DNA of 64,000 bases from a virus (lineage: Duplodnaviria > Heunggongvirae > Uroviricota > Caudoviricetes), in the IMG/VR virus record IMGVR_UViG_3300045051_000909, positions 130,267 to 194,266 of that record, one strand, 5' to 3'. The stretch's first letter is position 1. Each line of letters begins with the position of its first letter. Position numbers and translations under genes: made by a program. The notes under the pieces are model-generated. The model was given only the letters and a program-made list of their open reading frames with translations. It had not been told where the DNA came from and searched no databases. This document shows positions 27,930 to 38,035 of this stretch, piece by piece.

Positions 27930-28796
27930 ATGGCAACCCCTGAACGTAACAACAACTACCGACATGCGCGCATGAGCAGCGACGACCGCGTCCTCGAAGC
28001 CTATTATGCTGATGTGCGTACTAGCGACCTGCTATCTCCCGAACTGGAGAAGAACCTCTTCCGCTCTTACCGAACTTGTGGCAACTGCGGACACGTATAC
28101 CAATTCGGAGCCGCACAGAAGACATGCCCCAGCTGCAATGCTCCGCGCGACTTCAAAGCGCGTGATCGTCTCGTCGAGGGCGCTCTGCGCTTCGTGCTTA
28201 AGGTCGCGAAGGACTACGCCAGGATGGTCAAAGGCGTTAACTACGACAGTGAGCTGCTCAAAGCGCTCACTTCAGCAGGGAATGTCGGTCTGCTTATCGC
28301 GCTAGATCGTTTTGACTCATCTCGAGGTACGCGCTTTCTTACTTACGCTGCTTGGTGGATCCGTGAAGAGATCCTCAAGGAGCTCGACAACATGGGTGTC
28401 GTGCGCGTGCCCGTGTATCGCCTCAAGGCACTACGCGCAAAGCGCAAGCAGTGCGAGGTTGTCGAGCCGGACCCCGCCTTTGTTACGACTGAAGACCTGA
28501 CCGCTGTGGATCACAAGCGGCAGGATGAACAACTTGAACGGAATCTAGTGAACACCTACGGTACCGACCTGTTGCACGACGCTATGGTTGAGATGGGTTT
28601 CAGAGGTCGGGACAAGTACATCGTTCTGGCGTACTTCGGAGTTCGAGAAGATCCAAAGAACCTACGTCAGATCTCCAATCGTCTGAGTCTGTCCTCCGAG
28701 CGTGTCCGTCAAATCAAGAAGGATGCGCTTGAGCGCCTCAAGACGTACTTGGAAGACCGCCAGATCGAAACGGCGGATGACATCTTTACGGAGTAA
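27930..28796 (+). CDS. Sigma-70 family factor with Zn-ribbon insertion
   Basis: Region 2 GLLIALDRFDSSRGTRFLTYAAWWIREEI; region 4 LRQISNRLSLSSERVRQIKKDALERLK; inserted CGNC-x12-CPSC. Confidence 0.9.
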   Translation: MATPERNNNYRHARMSSDDRVLEAYYADVRTSDLLSPELEKNLFRSYRTCGNCGHVYQFGAAQKTCPSCNAPRDFKARDRLVEGALRFVLKVAKDYARMVKGVNYDSELLKALTSAGNVGLLIALDRFDSSRGTRFLTYAAWWIREEILKELDNMGVVRVPVYRLKALRAKRKQCEVVEPDPAFVTTEDLTAVDHKRQDEQLERNLVNTYGTDLLHDAMVEMGFRGRDKYIVLAYFGVREDPKNLRQISNRLSLSSERVRQIKKDALERLKTYLEDRQIETADDIFTE

Positions 28797-28841
28797 AAGA
28801 GCGCGAGGCCCGGAGGCCCCGCGCCTTGAGAGACAGAGCAG

Positions 28842-29894
28842 CTATCCGATGACTCGGAGCAGCTCCTTGAACTCGATGCCCGCGGCGATGGCGAGGCCGT
28901 GGAGGATGTTGCGGTTCTCCGCCTTGCTCTTCTCGGTCTCTGCCCGCGCGAACTTATTCGCGTAGGTCACGATCTGCATCAGCAGGTCGGTCTTCTTCAG
29001 CGGCTCGAAGCCGATCTCCTTCACGGACGAGGCGAGGTCGACTTTCGTTTCCTCCGCGCTCTTGGTGTCGTCGGTCTCGCCATCCTTCTTCTTGGGGGCG
29101 CGCTTGGTCTTCTCCTTCTCCGCCTCGCGGGCGGCCTTGGCCTCGGTCTTCTCCTTCTCTTTCTGGTTCAGGAACTCGACCTTGTTCTTGAGGTCGGTGG
29201 CCGTGTACGACGGCACGTCGGGCAGCAGCGTGAGCAGCGCCTCCTCGTTCTTCAAACGGCCGAGTTCGCGCGCTTGCGTGAAGTCGATGTGGCCGCGCTT
29301 CAACGCCACCTGCGCCTTGGTGGGCAGCGCCAGGAGGCCGAGGTACTGCGAGATGGCGCCGGCGGAGAGCCCGAGTGCATCGGCGGCCTCCTTCTGGCTC
29401 TCCATCTGCTCCTCGTCCATCATCTTCTTGATCGCGTTGGCCTTGTCGATGGCGTTCATGTCCTCGCGCTGGAGGTTCTCGATGAGCTGCATGCGGCGCC
29501 GGCGGTTCTCATCCGCCGTCTGGCCGACCACGGGCACCTCCTTCAGGCCCGCCATCTTGGCGGCGGCGTAGCGGCGGTAGCCCGCGATGAGCTCGAACTT
29601 GCCGTCGGGGCGCTGCGCGTCCGAGACGACGAGCGGCTGGAGGATGCCCTCCTTCTTGATCGTCTGGGAGAGGTCGCTGATGTTGCCCATCTCGGTGCGG
29701 GCGTTGCGCGCGGGGTCGGCGAAGATGCTGGTCAGCGGCAACGTCTGCGGCCTGAGCTCGACGGCGTTCAGCGTCTCGTGGGAGACCTTGCTGACCTTCG
29801 ACTCGGTCGTCTCCTCCTTCTCGCTCGCGGTCAGCGCGGCGTTCATGGCCTCCACGTTCTTCTTGTGCTGCTCGTTCTGGATGTCGGTGCTCAT
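28842..29894 (-). CDS. parB: ParB/Spo0J-family protein
   Basis: GILQPLVV, LIAGYRRYAAAK, ENLQREDMNAID, HTH SQKEAADALGLSAGAISQYL. Confidence 0.88.
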   Translation of the reverse strand: MSTDIQNEQHKKNVEAMNAALTASEKEETTESKVSKVSHETLNAVELRPQTLPLTSIFADPARNARTEMGNISDLSQTIKKEGILQPLVVSDAQRPDGKFELIAGYRRYAAAKMAGLKEVPVVGQTADENRRRRMQLIENLQREDMNAIDKANAIKKMMDEEQMESQKEAADALGLSAGAISQYLGLLALPTKAQVALKRGHIDFTQARELGRLKNEEALLTLLPDVPSYTATDLKNKVEFLNQKEKEKTEAKAAREAEKEKTKRAPKKKDGETDDTKSAEETKVDLASSVKEIGFEPLKKTDLLMQIVTYANKFARAETEKSKAENRNILHGLAIAAGIEFKELLRVIG

Positions 29895-29902
29895 TATGCT
29901 CC

Positions 29903-30295
29903 TCACGCCTGTTCGTCGAACATCTCGACGAGTAGATCGGTGTAAATGTCCTGTTGGATGCGGAGCTCCAATAGCTCCGCGTCCGGCATCTGTGTGTACT
30001 TCGCTGCTAAAATCCGTGCGCGAATTACCCTAAGCCTCAGGACAAGGCTGTGCACGTCAGGCTCATCCTCAATCAAAGAGGCGGCCGAAGTGAGAGTCTG
30101 AAGTACTTGGGCGTAGGGCCGGGCCGGCTGGTAATTCGACAGGAGGTTCAGGCCCGCGCTGATGAGAGGGAGGATCCGTTTGAAGTTACGGATCGTGACG
30201 TAGGACTTGGTGCGAACATCTTGAATCAGCTGGGCTCGATAAGTGCCTGCGCACTCCGAGGGGCTATCCGCCATCCTCCATTTCCTCCATAACAA
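29903..30295 (-). CDS. Hypothetical protein
   Basis: ORF in the tightly packed minus-strand operon; start uncertain (possibly 30274). Confidence 0.55.
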   Translation of the reverse strand: MLWRKWRMADSPSECAGTYRAQLIQDVRTKSYVTIRNFKRILPLISAGLNLLSNYQPARPYAQVLQTLTSAASLIEDEPDVHSLVLRLRVIRARILAAKYTQMPDAELLELRIQQDIYTDLLVEMFDEQA

Positions 30296-30527
30296 TGTCT
30301 CGTTTGATCAGATTTAGTCGAAGTTCTTCTACAGGGACACCTTCGAAGATGTCGCCTACGGCATAGGCGAATTCGATGGCTACCTTCTCAAGGGGCAGCG
30401 TCATATCGCTGTACATAGCGATATGCAGCGCCCGGATTGCTTTCAGCTTGTACAGCAGATGTGCTTCGGCAGCTGCACGGCGCTGGACTCGAGCAAGGTC
30501 TTGGTCGTTGGACATTGGACGGGGCAT
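30264..30527 (-). CDS. Hypothetical protein
   Basis: Operon packing with its neighbours. Confidence 0.55.
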   Translation of the reverse strand: MPRPMSNDQDLARVQRRAAAEAHLLYKLKAIRALHIAMYSDMTLPLEKVAIEFAYAVGDIFEGVPVEELRLNLIKRDIVMEEMEDGG

Positions 30528-30692
30528 CTACTTACTCGCTTGTTCGAACGGCTTAGTGCCGCACTTAGGGCACATGAGGACGCCCGTGGTAGTTGTGGGA
30601 CGCAGCTTCTCGCTGCAATCAGGACAGATCTCAGTCTTCCGCATTTCGGCGGTCTTCTCGTCCTGCGCTTGCTCCACTCCGTACTTTTCCAC
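30528..30692 (-). CDS. Small Zn-ribbon protein (54 aa, not in ORF track)
   Basis: AGGAGG RBS and GTG start; MEKYGVEQAQDEKTAEMRKTEICPDCSEKLRPTTTTGVLMCPKCGTKPFEQASK. Confidence 0.7.
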   Translation of the reverse strand: MEKYGVEQAQDEKTAEMRKTEICPDCSEKLRPTTTTGVLMCPKCGTKPFEQASK

Positions 30693-30712
30693 GGGCGTCC
30701 TCCTTCAGACAA

Positions 30713-31093
30713 CTACTTCTTGGCTTCGTTGGTGAGCGGGATCGGCGCCGCTGCCTTGCGCACCGGCTTCTTGCGCTCCTCGAGCTGGTCCAAGGCCGTC
30801 ACCAGTTCGCTGACGCGGACGCTGCACGACCGCTTCCCCTCTTCCTTGAAGTCACAAAGCGTGGGCAGGGACAGGACCTGATACCCCGATTCAGCCCCGG
30901 CGGCGCGACGGATCACAACGAGATCCGGCATCTCGTCGGCAGGAACGGACTTCAGAAACTCCTCGATTCGCTTGGCGTGGAGTTCCCGCTTCTCACGCAG
31001 CACCTCGAGCTTCTGAGCCTGCGCGATGTCGCTGACGACGTGCTTCACGTCGCGGCGGCAGCGGTTGCACTTCTGTTCGACAGTGATGGGCAT
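30713..31093 (-). CDS. Hypothetical Cys-containing protein
   Basis: AAGGA RBS; CNRC ... C-x8-C. Confidence 0.65.
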   Translation of the reverse strand: MPITVEQKCNRCRRDVKHVVSDIAQAQKLEVLREKRELHAKRIEEFLKSVPADEMPDLVVIRRAAGAESGYQVLSLPTLCDFKEEGKRSCSVRVSELVTALDQLEERKKPVRKAAAPIPLTNEAKK

Positions 31094-31111
31094 TTGCGTT
31101 TCCTTTATGCG

Positions 31112-32017
31112 TTAGCGTTTACGGCCGCGACAGAGATGCCAAAAACTGCAATGCAGGGCGTTGCAAGCCCAGTGATCGATGCACGCCATCGGGAAGACAC
31201 CCTTCTTCACGAAGCCTGCTACTTCGTTGATGTCCTCCGTGAGAATCGTGACGTCTTGCGGCGTACGGACGCTCTCCCCGCGAACGTAGGTGCAACCCTT
31301 CTTTTGGGCCAGAAGCTGGTCCACTCGTACGTCCGGGGTGCCCTCAACACCTGAGTACAGCGTCAACTGGGTGTCCGTGCGGAGCTCGTGTTCACTCCAC
31401 TTGGCACGCCCCGTCTTGGTGTCGGCTGTTACGCGCTTCTTGGGAGCCAGCTCCAGCTGCTCTTTGGTCATCCCCGGGGCAGCCATCGCGGGCTGCTCGT
31501 CGATGAGGTCGATCCAGCCAACAACGGGAACGTCACCGAACTTCTTCGCGAACCCTTTCTCAACCCCAAGAGGGTTGATCTTGGGCAGTGCGTGTACGGC
31601 GAAGGCCTCGAACAGCTTCATCGCCTGGTCCTTGATCTTCCCGGGGTCGACAGCTTGGTCGTTGTCGTCTTTACCCCAATCGAGGACATTCTCGGCTTCA
31701 CGGTCGAATGTCTTACTGACAACTTCGCGCGCCTGCTCGAGTGTGAACTCCTTCTTGAGGAGCTTGGCCTTCAAGGCGTACTCGATGCCAGCATGCACCG
31801 CCGTACCGCGCGTGGTCGGTGCATAGTTGGGTGTCTTCTCTTGAAGGACGTACTTGAATTCGTACGCTTTGCCGCAGATCTTCCATGAGACGTACTGGCT
31901 GTGCGAAAAGAAGCCCTTCGGTAGGGCCGGATCCCCGAAATCGGCGGGAACCTTGAGTTCACGTAGCAGCTTCTGCGTACGCGACTCCTTCACCTGTTCG
32001 TGTTGGATGGCTTCCAT
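31112..32017 (-). CDS. PD-(D/E)XK nuclease (RecB/Cas4-like)
   Basis: FSHSQ...ICG, GTAVHAGIE, GWIDL, ADTKTG, QLTLY, C-terminal Cys cluster. Confidence 0.8.
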   Translation of the reverse strand: MEAIQHEQVKESRTQKLLRELKVPADFGDPALPKGFFSHSQYVSWKICGKAYEFKYVLQEKTPNYAPTTRGTAVHAGIEYALKAKLLKKEFTLEQAREVVSKTFDREAENVLDWGKDDNDQAVDPGKIKDQAMKLFEAFAVHALPKINPLGVEKGFAKKFGDVPVVGWIDLIDEQPAMAAPGMTKEQLELAPKKRVTADTKTGRAKWSEHELRTDTQLTLYSGVEGTPDVRVDQLLAQKKGCTYVRGESVRTPQDVTILTEDINEVAGFVKKGVFPMACIDHWACNALHCSFWHLCRGRKR

Positions 32018-32526
32018 CAGCTTTCGTTCTCCGTGAAGGGAGGCATGGTGTCACTCCCAATAGGTCCATGATCGCTGCTCTTAAGACGGTTCTGCTGCGC
32101 TACCAGACCGGGGTTCTCACGATCTAGCTTCTCTTGTAGTGCCCGAGACGTGGCAATGATTCCTGCCGGACTCGCGAATTCACTGTTCTCGCTATCGAAG
32201 CCGTCCCGTCCGGGGGGCGGAACTTCGAGGGTTGCGCCCCGGTCCGCTCGTGCCCGGATGATCTCAGGGCTCGGCTCTGGCGGTAGTTCGGGAGGGGTGA
32301 CGATGAACGGGCCCTCAGTGCGCGACTGAGCCGGTGGCGGCGTAGGGGCGATTACGCTGGTAGGCGGAACCGGTAGGACGGGGGCTGCCGCATCCGGCAA
32401 GGGTACTCCTGTTACTTCTACCTCAAAAGGGTCCGTACGTACGACTACCTTGCTTGCGTCCAGGGTTGCCTCCAGGTACTTCCCGATGATATTGATCAAA
32501 TCCTGCTTTTCGAGCACGATCCTCAT
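32017..32526 (-). CDS. Pro-rich hypothetical protein
   Basis: Start MRIVLEK overlaps the helicase stop. Confidence 0.6.
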   Translation of the reverse strand: MRIVLEKQDLINIIGKYLEATLDASKVVVRTDPFEVEVTGVPLPDAAAPVLPVPPTSVIAPTPPPAQSRTEGPFIVTPPELPPEPSPEIIRARADRGATLEVPPPGRDGFDSENSEFASPAGIIATSRALQEKLDRENPGLVAQQNRLKSSDHGPIGSDTMPPFTENES

Positions 32527-34586
32527 TTGAGCATCTCCGCCTTTGCGATGGTCCGCCGCGCGCTCCGCTGGTAGATACACCCCGGGTCGAACAGTTCAAC
32601 CTTATTACGGAGGCATTCAAACCGCTTTTCACAGTGAATGCAAGCCAGCTTGTTAGTTAGGATTGAACTGATATCCCGCTTCTGCTCCAGGGCGGCGACC
32701 TTATACGTATCGATGGTTCCGCGTCCCAGCAGACGATAAACCGTAACCTTGTTCGTCTGCCCCGCCCGGTAATTTCGATCCAGAGACTGTAGGTACGTCC
32801 CCAGGGACCAGTCCAGGGTGTAGTAGATCGTGTAGGTAGCAGCATTGAGGGTGATGCCAATACCTGTTGCGATCTGACCTAGGTAAACCCTACAGTCGGC
32901 GTTCTCGTTGAAGCTCTTGATCCGAGTCTGCACGTTACCGCTGTTCGACCCATCGACGCGAACGAAGCCGACATTACGGGCTTTGAGACGTTCGGCGATC
33001 ATATCCATCTCGGCCTTGTAGACAGCCCAGATGATGACCTTGTGCTTAGGGTCCACGAGGATACCGTCGAGCAACTCCTCGAGGGCATCGAGTTTCGGAT
33101 TTTCCTTGAGGGTGTGTGCTTGCGTATCGGGGGGCTTAGGAGCAACAACGCAGCGGCTGGTGTAGGGCTTGACGTCCTCCGTTACGCAGCGCGCTAGGTG
33201 CGGGCACCCGTCGCACAATTTAGTGTTGCCAGTTTCCAGTACGAAGCCAGAAACTACCTGGCAGAGTTTATTGAGCAGAACTGCTGCGTTCTGTACCTCT
33301 ACAAATGAATCTGGTGTCTGGAACCATGTGCTCAGGTCTGCGCCCATAGCGGACACCAGCGTGTTGTAGAGGCGTGCCTGTTCCTTCGACAAGTCGAAGT
33401 GTTGGTCGATGATCTGTCGCTCTGGAAGATCGAGACACTCATCTTTGGTCTTCCGGATTGCGACACGCTGGATGCGTTCGTTGAGGATGTTCAGATTTTT
33501 ATAGCCCGTGACAATCCGCTTGTTGTAAGGCGAGCGGACCAAGAAAAGATCAGAGAACTTGAACCAATCTTCTGGGAAGATGGCCGGTGACAAGAACTTC
33601 ATCTGCGGGAACATATCCTGCGGGTTCCCCAAGCTCGGCGTGCCTGTGAGCAGGTAACGCCGAGGGGCCTTAGTAGACAGGGCCAGCATCGCTTTGGTTT
33701 GCTGAGAACTGATGTCCTTGATGCCGTGGCTCTCGTCAGCGACGATGATGTCGTAAGGAAGGTCGATAAGCCACTGAGGGGAGGCGGCGGCTTCTGCGGC
33801 AGTTTGCCGGTCAATCTCGGCAAACGTCGCCCCGTTCTTCCAGGCTTCTACATAAAACGCCTGGCGGTCAGGATCAGACACACGCCGGAGAGAGCGTACC
33901 AACGCCTTGAGACCGCTCTCCGAGATCGTCTTGCCTGCTTTCTGTGCTGCCTGGATAAGGTTGAGTGACGCGCGATGCAGACGTGGAAGTGCCATGTTGC
34001 GCGCAGTACCATAGCTGGCAACGAGGACATCATACTTAGCGTATTCACGCATGATTTTGCGCTTACGCTTAGGGTCTCCGTCCAAGGCTACCGCGCGTAG
34101 TTCAGGTCCATGCACCTGCATTTCCCCAAGCCAGTTACGGACAGTGACAGGGGGTCCGAAGACCAGCATGCGCGTTTTCGGCAGCGCCCGCTTCAGATCG
34201 ATCACTACCTTGGTCTTGGCTGTTCCCATTTCCCAGAACAGCCCTAGCCGGGGATAGTGATAAAGCCAGCTGAGACCTTCGATCTGGTGGTCGAAGGGCT
34301 TCGTGACGAATGTGAATCCTTCAGGTAGGATGCGCTTCTCAATCCGCTGTGGGATACTCTCCAGATAGCGCAGATGCTCTTGAGCTTGCGGTGAGTATAC
34401 GAGATGCGGGACAACGTGCTTCAAGTCAGCGGCAACGATCAATCCGAATGGCGGATAGGCAGGGAACAGCCACCGGCGCCGCTCGGGAACCAGTGTACCG
34501 CCGTATACTCGCGCGAAGATCGGGTGGTCGTTGGGCGACAGGAAGACGGGACTTCCGTTAATGACTTCCAGATCCAACTGACTCAT
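32523..34586 (-). CDS. SNF2-family (SF2) helicase/ATPase
   Basis: DHQIEG, EMGTAKT, IVADESH, LTGTP, GIGITLNAA, QSLDRNYRAGQ. Confidence 0.88.
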   Translation of the reverse strand: MSQLDLEVINGSPVFLSPNDHPIFARVYGGTLVPERRRWLFPAYPPFGLIVAADLKHVVPHLVYSPQAQEHLRYLESIPQRIEKRILPEGFTFVTKPFDHQIEGLSWLYHYPRLGLFWEMGTAKTKVVIDLKRALPKTRMLVFGPPVTVRNWLGEMQVHGPELRAVALDGDPKRKRKIMREYAKYDVLVASYGTARNMALPRLHRASLNLIQAAQKAGKTISESGLKALVRSLRRVSDPDRQAFYVEAWKNGATFAEIDRQTAAEAAASPQWLIDLPYDIIVADESHGIKDISSQQTKAMLALSTKAPRRYLLTGTPSLGNPQDMFPQMKFLSPAIFPEDWFKFSDLFLVRSPYNKRIVTGYKNLNILNERIQRVAIRKTKDECLDLPERQIIDQHFDLSKEQARLYNTLVSAMGADLSTWFQTPDSFVEVQNAAVLLNKLCQVVSGFVLETGNTKLCDGCPHLARCVTEDVKPYTSRCVVAPKPPDTQAHTLKENPKLDALEELLDGILVDPKHKVIIWAVYKAEMDMIAERLKARNVGFVRVDGSNSGNVQTRIKSFNENADCRVYLGQIATGIGITLNAATYTIYYTLDWSLGTYLQSLDRNYRAGQTNKVTVYRLLGRGTIDTYKVAALEQKRDISSILTNKLACIHCEKRFECLRNKVELFDPGCIYQRSARRTIAKAEMLK

Positions 34587-34672
34587 GGCCGTGCACCATA
34601 CTCCATTTCCCTTTACTTCGTAAAGGGTTTCCCTGTACTAAGCTCCATCAAGCCTGACTACGAGGTCTGTCT

Positions 34673-36460
34673 ATGAGCGCCCCTGGTGATTCGTCTTTCG
34701 GTGACATTTCGGTCACAGATTCTCTGTCTTCGTTTGATCGCGCAGCCTCGCACCCGAACCCGGCTTTCGATTTTCTTACCGGCTTCGTCCCGCGTAAGCT
34801 GAAGGACCTTTTCAAGTGGTGCGAGTACCTCTTCTACAACTCGGCGCATACATACGCTGCGTTGAGGAAGTTCGGCGAGCTCGTGATCACGGATATCGAG
34901 ATTCAGACGTCGAACGAGGCCTTGAAGCGCAATTACAAGCGCCTCTTCGACAAGGTTCTCAAGGTCAAGATGAAGCTCCTCATGGGGTCCCTGGACAAGA
35001 ACGTCTACGGGAACCACTTCACTTCGATCTACAAGCCCTTCATCCGGTACCTGAAGTGCCCGAAGTGCGAGAACCTGACCAATATCAATATGGTCGACTA
35101 TCAGTTCGAGCTGAAGAAGCTCCAGTTCCGGTATCGCTGCAAGCGCTGCCACACGGATGTGAACGGCAAGGTAGTGGATCGAAAGGTCCTCGCCGCCGAC
35201 AAGATCCACATCATCCGCTGGGACCCGAAGCAGATGGACATCGACCACAACCCGATTACCGGGCAGTCGGTCTACTACTACACGATCCCCCAGGACATCA
35301 AAGACAAGGTGAAGCTGGGGGCTAAGCATCTGATCAACTCGATGCCTTACGAGTTTCTCGAGAACATCCGGGACAACAAGCTCTTCCGATTTGAGAAGGA
35401 CGCGATCTTCCACGTCAAGGTCCCAGGGCCCGCCGGTATTGATCCTCAGTGGGGCTACCCGCCGCTGGCGACCACGATGAAGCTGTACCTCTACACGATG
35501 GTGCTCCGTAAGGCGAACGAAGCTATCGCTCTAGAGCACATCGTGCCTATGCGCATTCTGCACCCCGCCCAACACGGAGCGCAGGACTTCGCACAGCAAA
35601 TCTCGCTGGGTCGCTGGCAGGAGGAGATGAAGTACAACATTCGCCGTTGGCGGCGAGACCCGCTTCACGTCATGTTTGCCCCGGTGCCTGTCGGGGTCGC
35701 GAACATGGGTGGTGACGGGCGAGCGATGCTTACGCTGGCAGAAGTCCAGGAGGCCGAGAAGGGCATCATGGCCGCGCACGGCGTGCCTGAGGAATTTCTC
35801 TATGGCGGTCTGACCAAGGCGGGTATGGAGGGCACGCTACGCCTGATCGAGAACCAGCTTCAGGGCCATGCCGACGATATGAATGACCTGCTCCAGTGGT
35901 ACATCGACCAGGTCTCTAAGTTCCTTGGTTGGGAGCGTGTCAATGCCAAGCTCACTCCACTCAAGATGGTGGATGATACGGAGACCAAGGCCTTGGTTGT
36001 TCAATTGGCCACAGGCCAAGTTGGCGGCCAGGCGACCGTTTCGATGACCACCATGATGGAGCGCCTGGGCCTGGACCCCGAGGAAGAGCGGGACAAGCGC
36101 CTCCAGTTCGCGCTGGACGAAGCCAAGCTTCAGATGAAGATCCAGCAAGAAGTTCAGAAGCTCCAGAACACGCTGTCGCAGCAGGTCCAAGCACAACTCC
36201 AAGGCGCGCAAGGGCTCAATTACGACCAGCAAGCGGTCATCGGACAGGCCGATCAGATGGTGCAACAGATGATGAGCCTGGACGAGAACACGAAGAAGTC
36301 ACAACTGCACTCTTTGCAAGTCGAAGACTACGTGATGTACTCCGTGGTCGTGCAGCGACTCGAGGAAATGCAGAACGCCCAGCGTATGCAACTCCAGCAG
36401 GCAGTGAAGGCGCAGGGCGGTGCCCCGGATCAGAGCGGTATGCCGCCGCAGGGAGTGTAA
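34673..36460 (+). CDS. Probable portal protein
   Basis: 595 aa late-strand gene; portal-like IFHVK...WGYP and helical stem pattern; Zn ribbon CPKC...CKRC; Q-rich C-terminal coil. Inferred, with no definitive motif. Confidence 0.55.
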   Translation: MSAPGDSSFGDISVTDSLSSFDRAASHPNPAFDFLTGFVPRKLKDLFKWCEYLFYNSAHTYAALRKFGELVITDIEIQTSNEALKRNYKRLFDKVLKVKMKLLMGSLDKNVYGNHFTSIYKPFIRYLKCPKCENLTNINMVDYQFELKKLQFRYRCKRCHTDVNGKVVDRKVLAADKIHIIRWDPKQMDIDHNPITGQSVYYYTIPQDIKDKVKLGAKHLINSMPYEFLENIRDNKLFRFEKDAIFHVKVPGPAGIDPQWGYPPLATTMKLYLYTMVLRKANEAIALEHIVPMRILHPAQHGAQDFAQQISLGRWQEEMKYNIRRWRRDPLHVMFAPVPVGVANMGGDGRAMLTLAEVQEAEKGIMAAHGVPEEFLYGGLTKAGMEGTLRLIENQLQGHADDMNDLLQWYIDQVSKFLGWERVNAKLTPLKMVDDTETKALVVQLATGQVGGQATVSMTTMMERLGLDPEEERDKRLQFALDEAKLQMKIQQEVQKLQNTLSQQVQAQLQGAQGLNYDQQAVIGQADQMVQQMMSLDENTKKSQLHSLQVEDYVMYSVVVQRLEEMQNAQRMQLQQAVKAQGGAPDQSGMPPQGV

Positions 36461-36463
36461 GCA

Positions 36464-36997
36464 ATGCCGAATGAAAAAGGCGACGGCCTCGACTTCGCGT
36501 CGACGATGAGCCGCGCGTTCACGCCCCCAGAACCGGGCGGCGCGAACGGGAAGGACTTGCCCGACGGATTCCCCTTTAGCGCCCCTGGCGAGACATACCG
36601 AATGGTGGATACAGCCAAGGATCCACAGAAGATCCCTGGAGCCACAGAGTTCGATTATGTCCCACATTTCAAAGGGTTTATCGTCTACCGTCCCTGGATG
36701 ACCTGTGATCGCTGTCGCCAGGCAATTGCTCAGGGCGAGGTAGTTCTTCCTGAGGACGACGGTGACCTAGAATGCCCGCACACCCAGGTGAAGCAGTTTC
36801 TGGAGGTACGGCAGCAGGTGCTTGAGGGGAAGGCGATGTGCGACCCCCCACAGCAGGTTGTCTTGAAGGACGGTACCATTGTGATGGCAATGCACTGGTA
36901 TACCTTCAAGCCCAACCACAAGCGCATGCGTGCGGCGCGTAAGATCGCAATGGCTCAGGGTGCTCCGCCGGACGGGATGCCAGAATCCGATCTGTAA
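36464..36997 (+). CDS. Hypothetical protein
   Basis: Follows the portal gene; CDRC...CPH. Confidence 0.6.
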   Translation: MPNEKGDGLDFASTMSRAFTPPEPGGANGKDLPDGFPFSAPGETYRMVDTAKDPQKIPGATEFDYVPHFKGFIVYRPWMTCDRCRQAIAQGEVVLPEDDGDLECPHTQVKQFLEVRQQVLEGKAMCDPPQQVVLKDGTIVMAMHWYTFKPNHKRMRAARKIAMAQGAPPDGMPESDL

Positions 36998-37000
36998 GCC

Positions 37001-37039
37001 AAAAAAGCGGGTCAGGGAGACGGAATCTCCCTGGCCCGC
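37001..37039 (-). terminator. Intrinsic terminator between convergent genes
   Basis: GCGGGTCAGGGAGA-loop-TCTCCCTGGCCCGC stem preceded by A6 (U6 on the minus strand). Confidence 0.7.
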
Positions 37040-37103
37040 ATCGACGTTACTTCTAGACTCCGAAGAGCGCTTTGGCGAGCAGGTGAAGGTAGCGGATGGC
37101 CAC

Positions 37104-37949
37104 CTATCCCTGCTTCGTGCTACCGGTGGCCGGCTGTGCCGATGCCACTTCGGTCCCGATGTGTGCGCCTTCGGCGTCCTTGCCGAAGTAGGTCGTCATC
37201 TCTTGCTGGAGGTTCGACGACTCGACGTTGGGCTGGTGTGCACGAACGAGCTCACCGACCGATGCGGTGAGCGGCGTTCCACGCCGCTGCTTGTTGTGCT
37301 TCTGCTTGTGCAGGGCGTTCTTCGACTGGGCGTGCTGCTGGACGTTCTGCTGGGCGTGCTGCTGGACGTTCTGCTGGGCGTGCTGCTGGACGTTCTGCTG
37401 GGCGTGCCGCTTGGCCTGGTGCGCCTTGCGGCAATTGCGGCAGCGGGTCCACTTCATGTGGTTCCCGCGTTCTCCGACGTTCTTGGCCACGTCACCTGCC
37501 GTGACGATGATGGTCCCCAAGCAGTTGGGGCCCTTGTCCTTGCAGGTGTTCATGTAGACGCGCGTCGTCGGATCGAGCTCACGCGCCCCCACCTTCGCCG
37601 CGATCATGCCGACCTGCTGCTCCCAGTTCGGCATGTACTCGCGGTACCCCGCTCGCGCCTCCGCCACACAGGCGCAGAGGATCGGACGGAGGTGAATCCA
37701 CCCCAACTTCGCAGCCTGCTTGAACGATGCATCATTCTCCTTACCGCAGAAGAAGCAACGCCCCTGTTTCACGCAGGCGTCCCGGACCACCGTGGCCATC
37801 CTCGACATCTTGTCGCCGCTGACCCCGAGTCGGGCTGCCATCTCCGATTCGCGGCCATCGACAACACCAACGACGGCTAGCTTGAGGTCCGGAACGGGCG
37901 CCAGGGTGGCGAGCGGAATCGCCCCGGCGCCCTTTTGTTTCGTTGCCAT
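37104..37949 (-). CDS. Cys-rich hypothetical protein with HAQQNVQQ repeats
   Basis: Start MATKQKG; CFFC, CAC, C-x6-C and CRNC zinc motifs. Confidence 0.65.
   Translation of the reverse strand: MATKQKGAGAIPLATLAPVPDLKLAVVGVVDGRESEMAARLGVSGDKMSRMATVVRDACVKQGRCFFCGKENDASFKQAAKLGWIHLRPILCACVAEARAGYREYMPNWEQQVGMIAAKVGARELDPTTRVYMNTCKDKGPNCLGTIIVTAGDVAKNVGERGNHMKWTRCRNCRKAHQAKRHAQQNVQQHAQQNVQQHAQQNVQQHAQSKNALHKQKHNKQRRGTPLTASVGELVRAHQPNVESSNLQQEMTTYFGKDAEGAHIGTEVASAQPATGSTKQG
37326..37407. repeat. 24-bp perfect tandem repeat, ~3.4 copies
   Basis: CTGGGCGTGCTGCTGGACGTTCTG at 37326, 37350 and 37374, plus a partial copy. Confidence 0.9.
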
Positions 37950-38035
37950 CACACACTCCCTCTCAGCTGCGTTTATACCCGACAATGTGTCGGGTACATG
38001 TACTGATACCAACCAGGAGCGCTATACTTCTGGTC

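Noticed and set aside
30443-30712. 89-aa minus-strand ORF from the track
   Set aside because: An alternative frame (30528-30692) has an AGGAGG RBS and a clean Zn-ribbon, and it fits between its neighbours without overlap.
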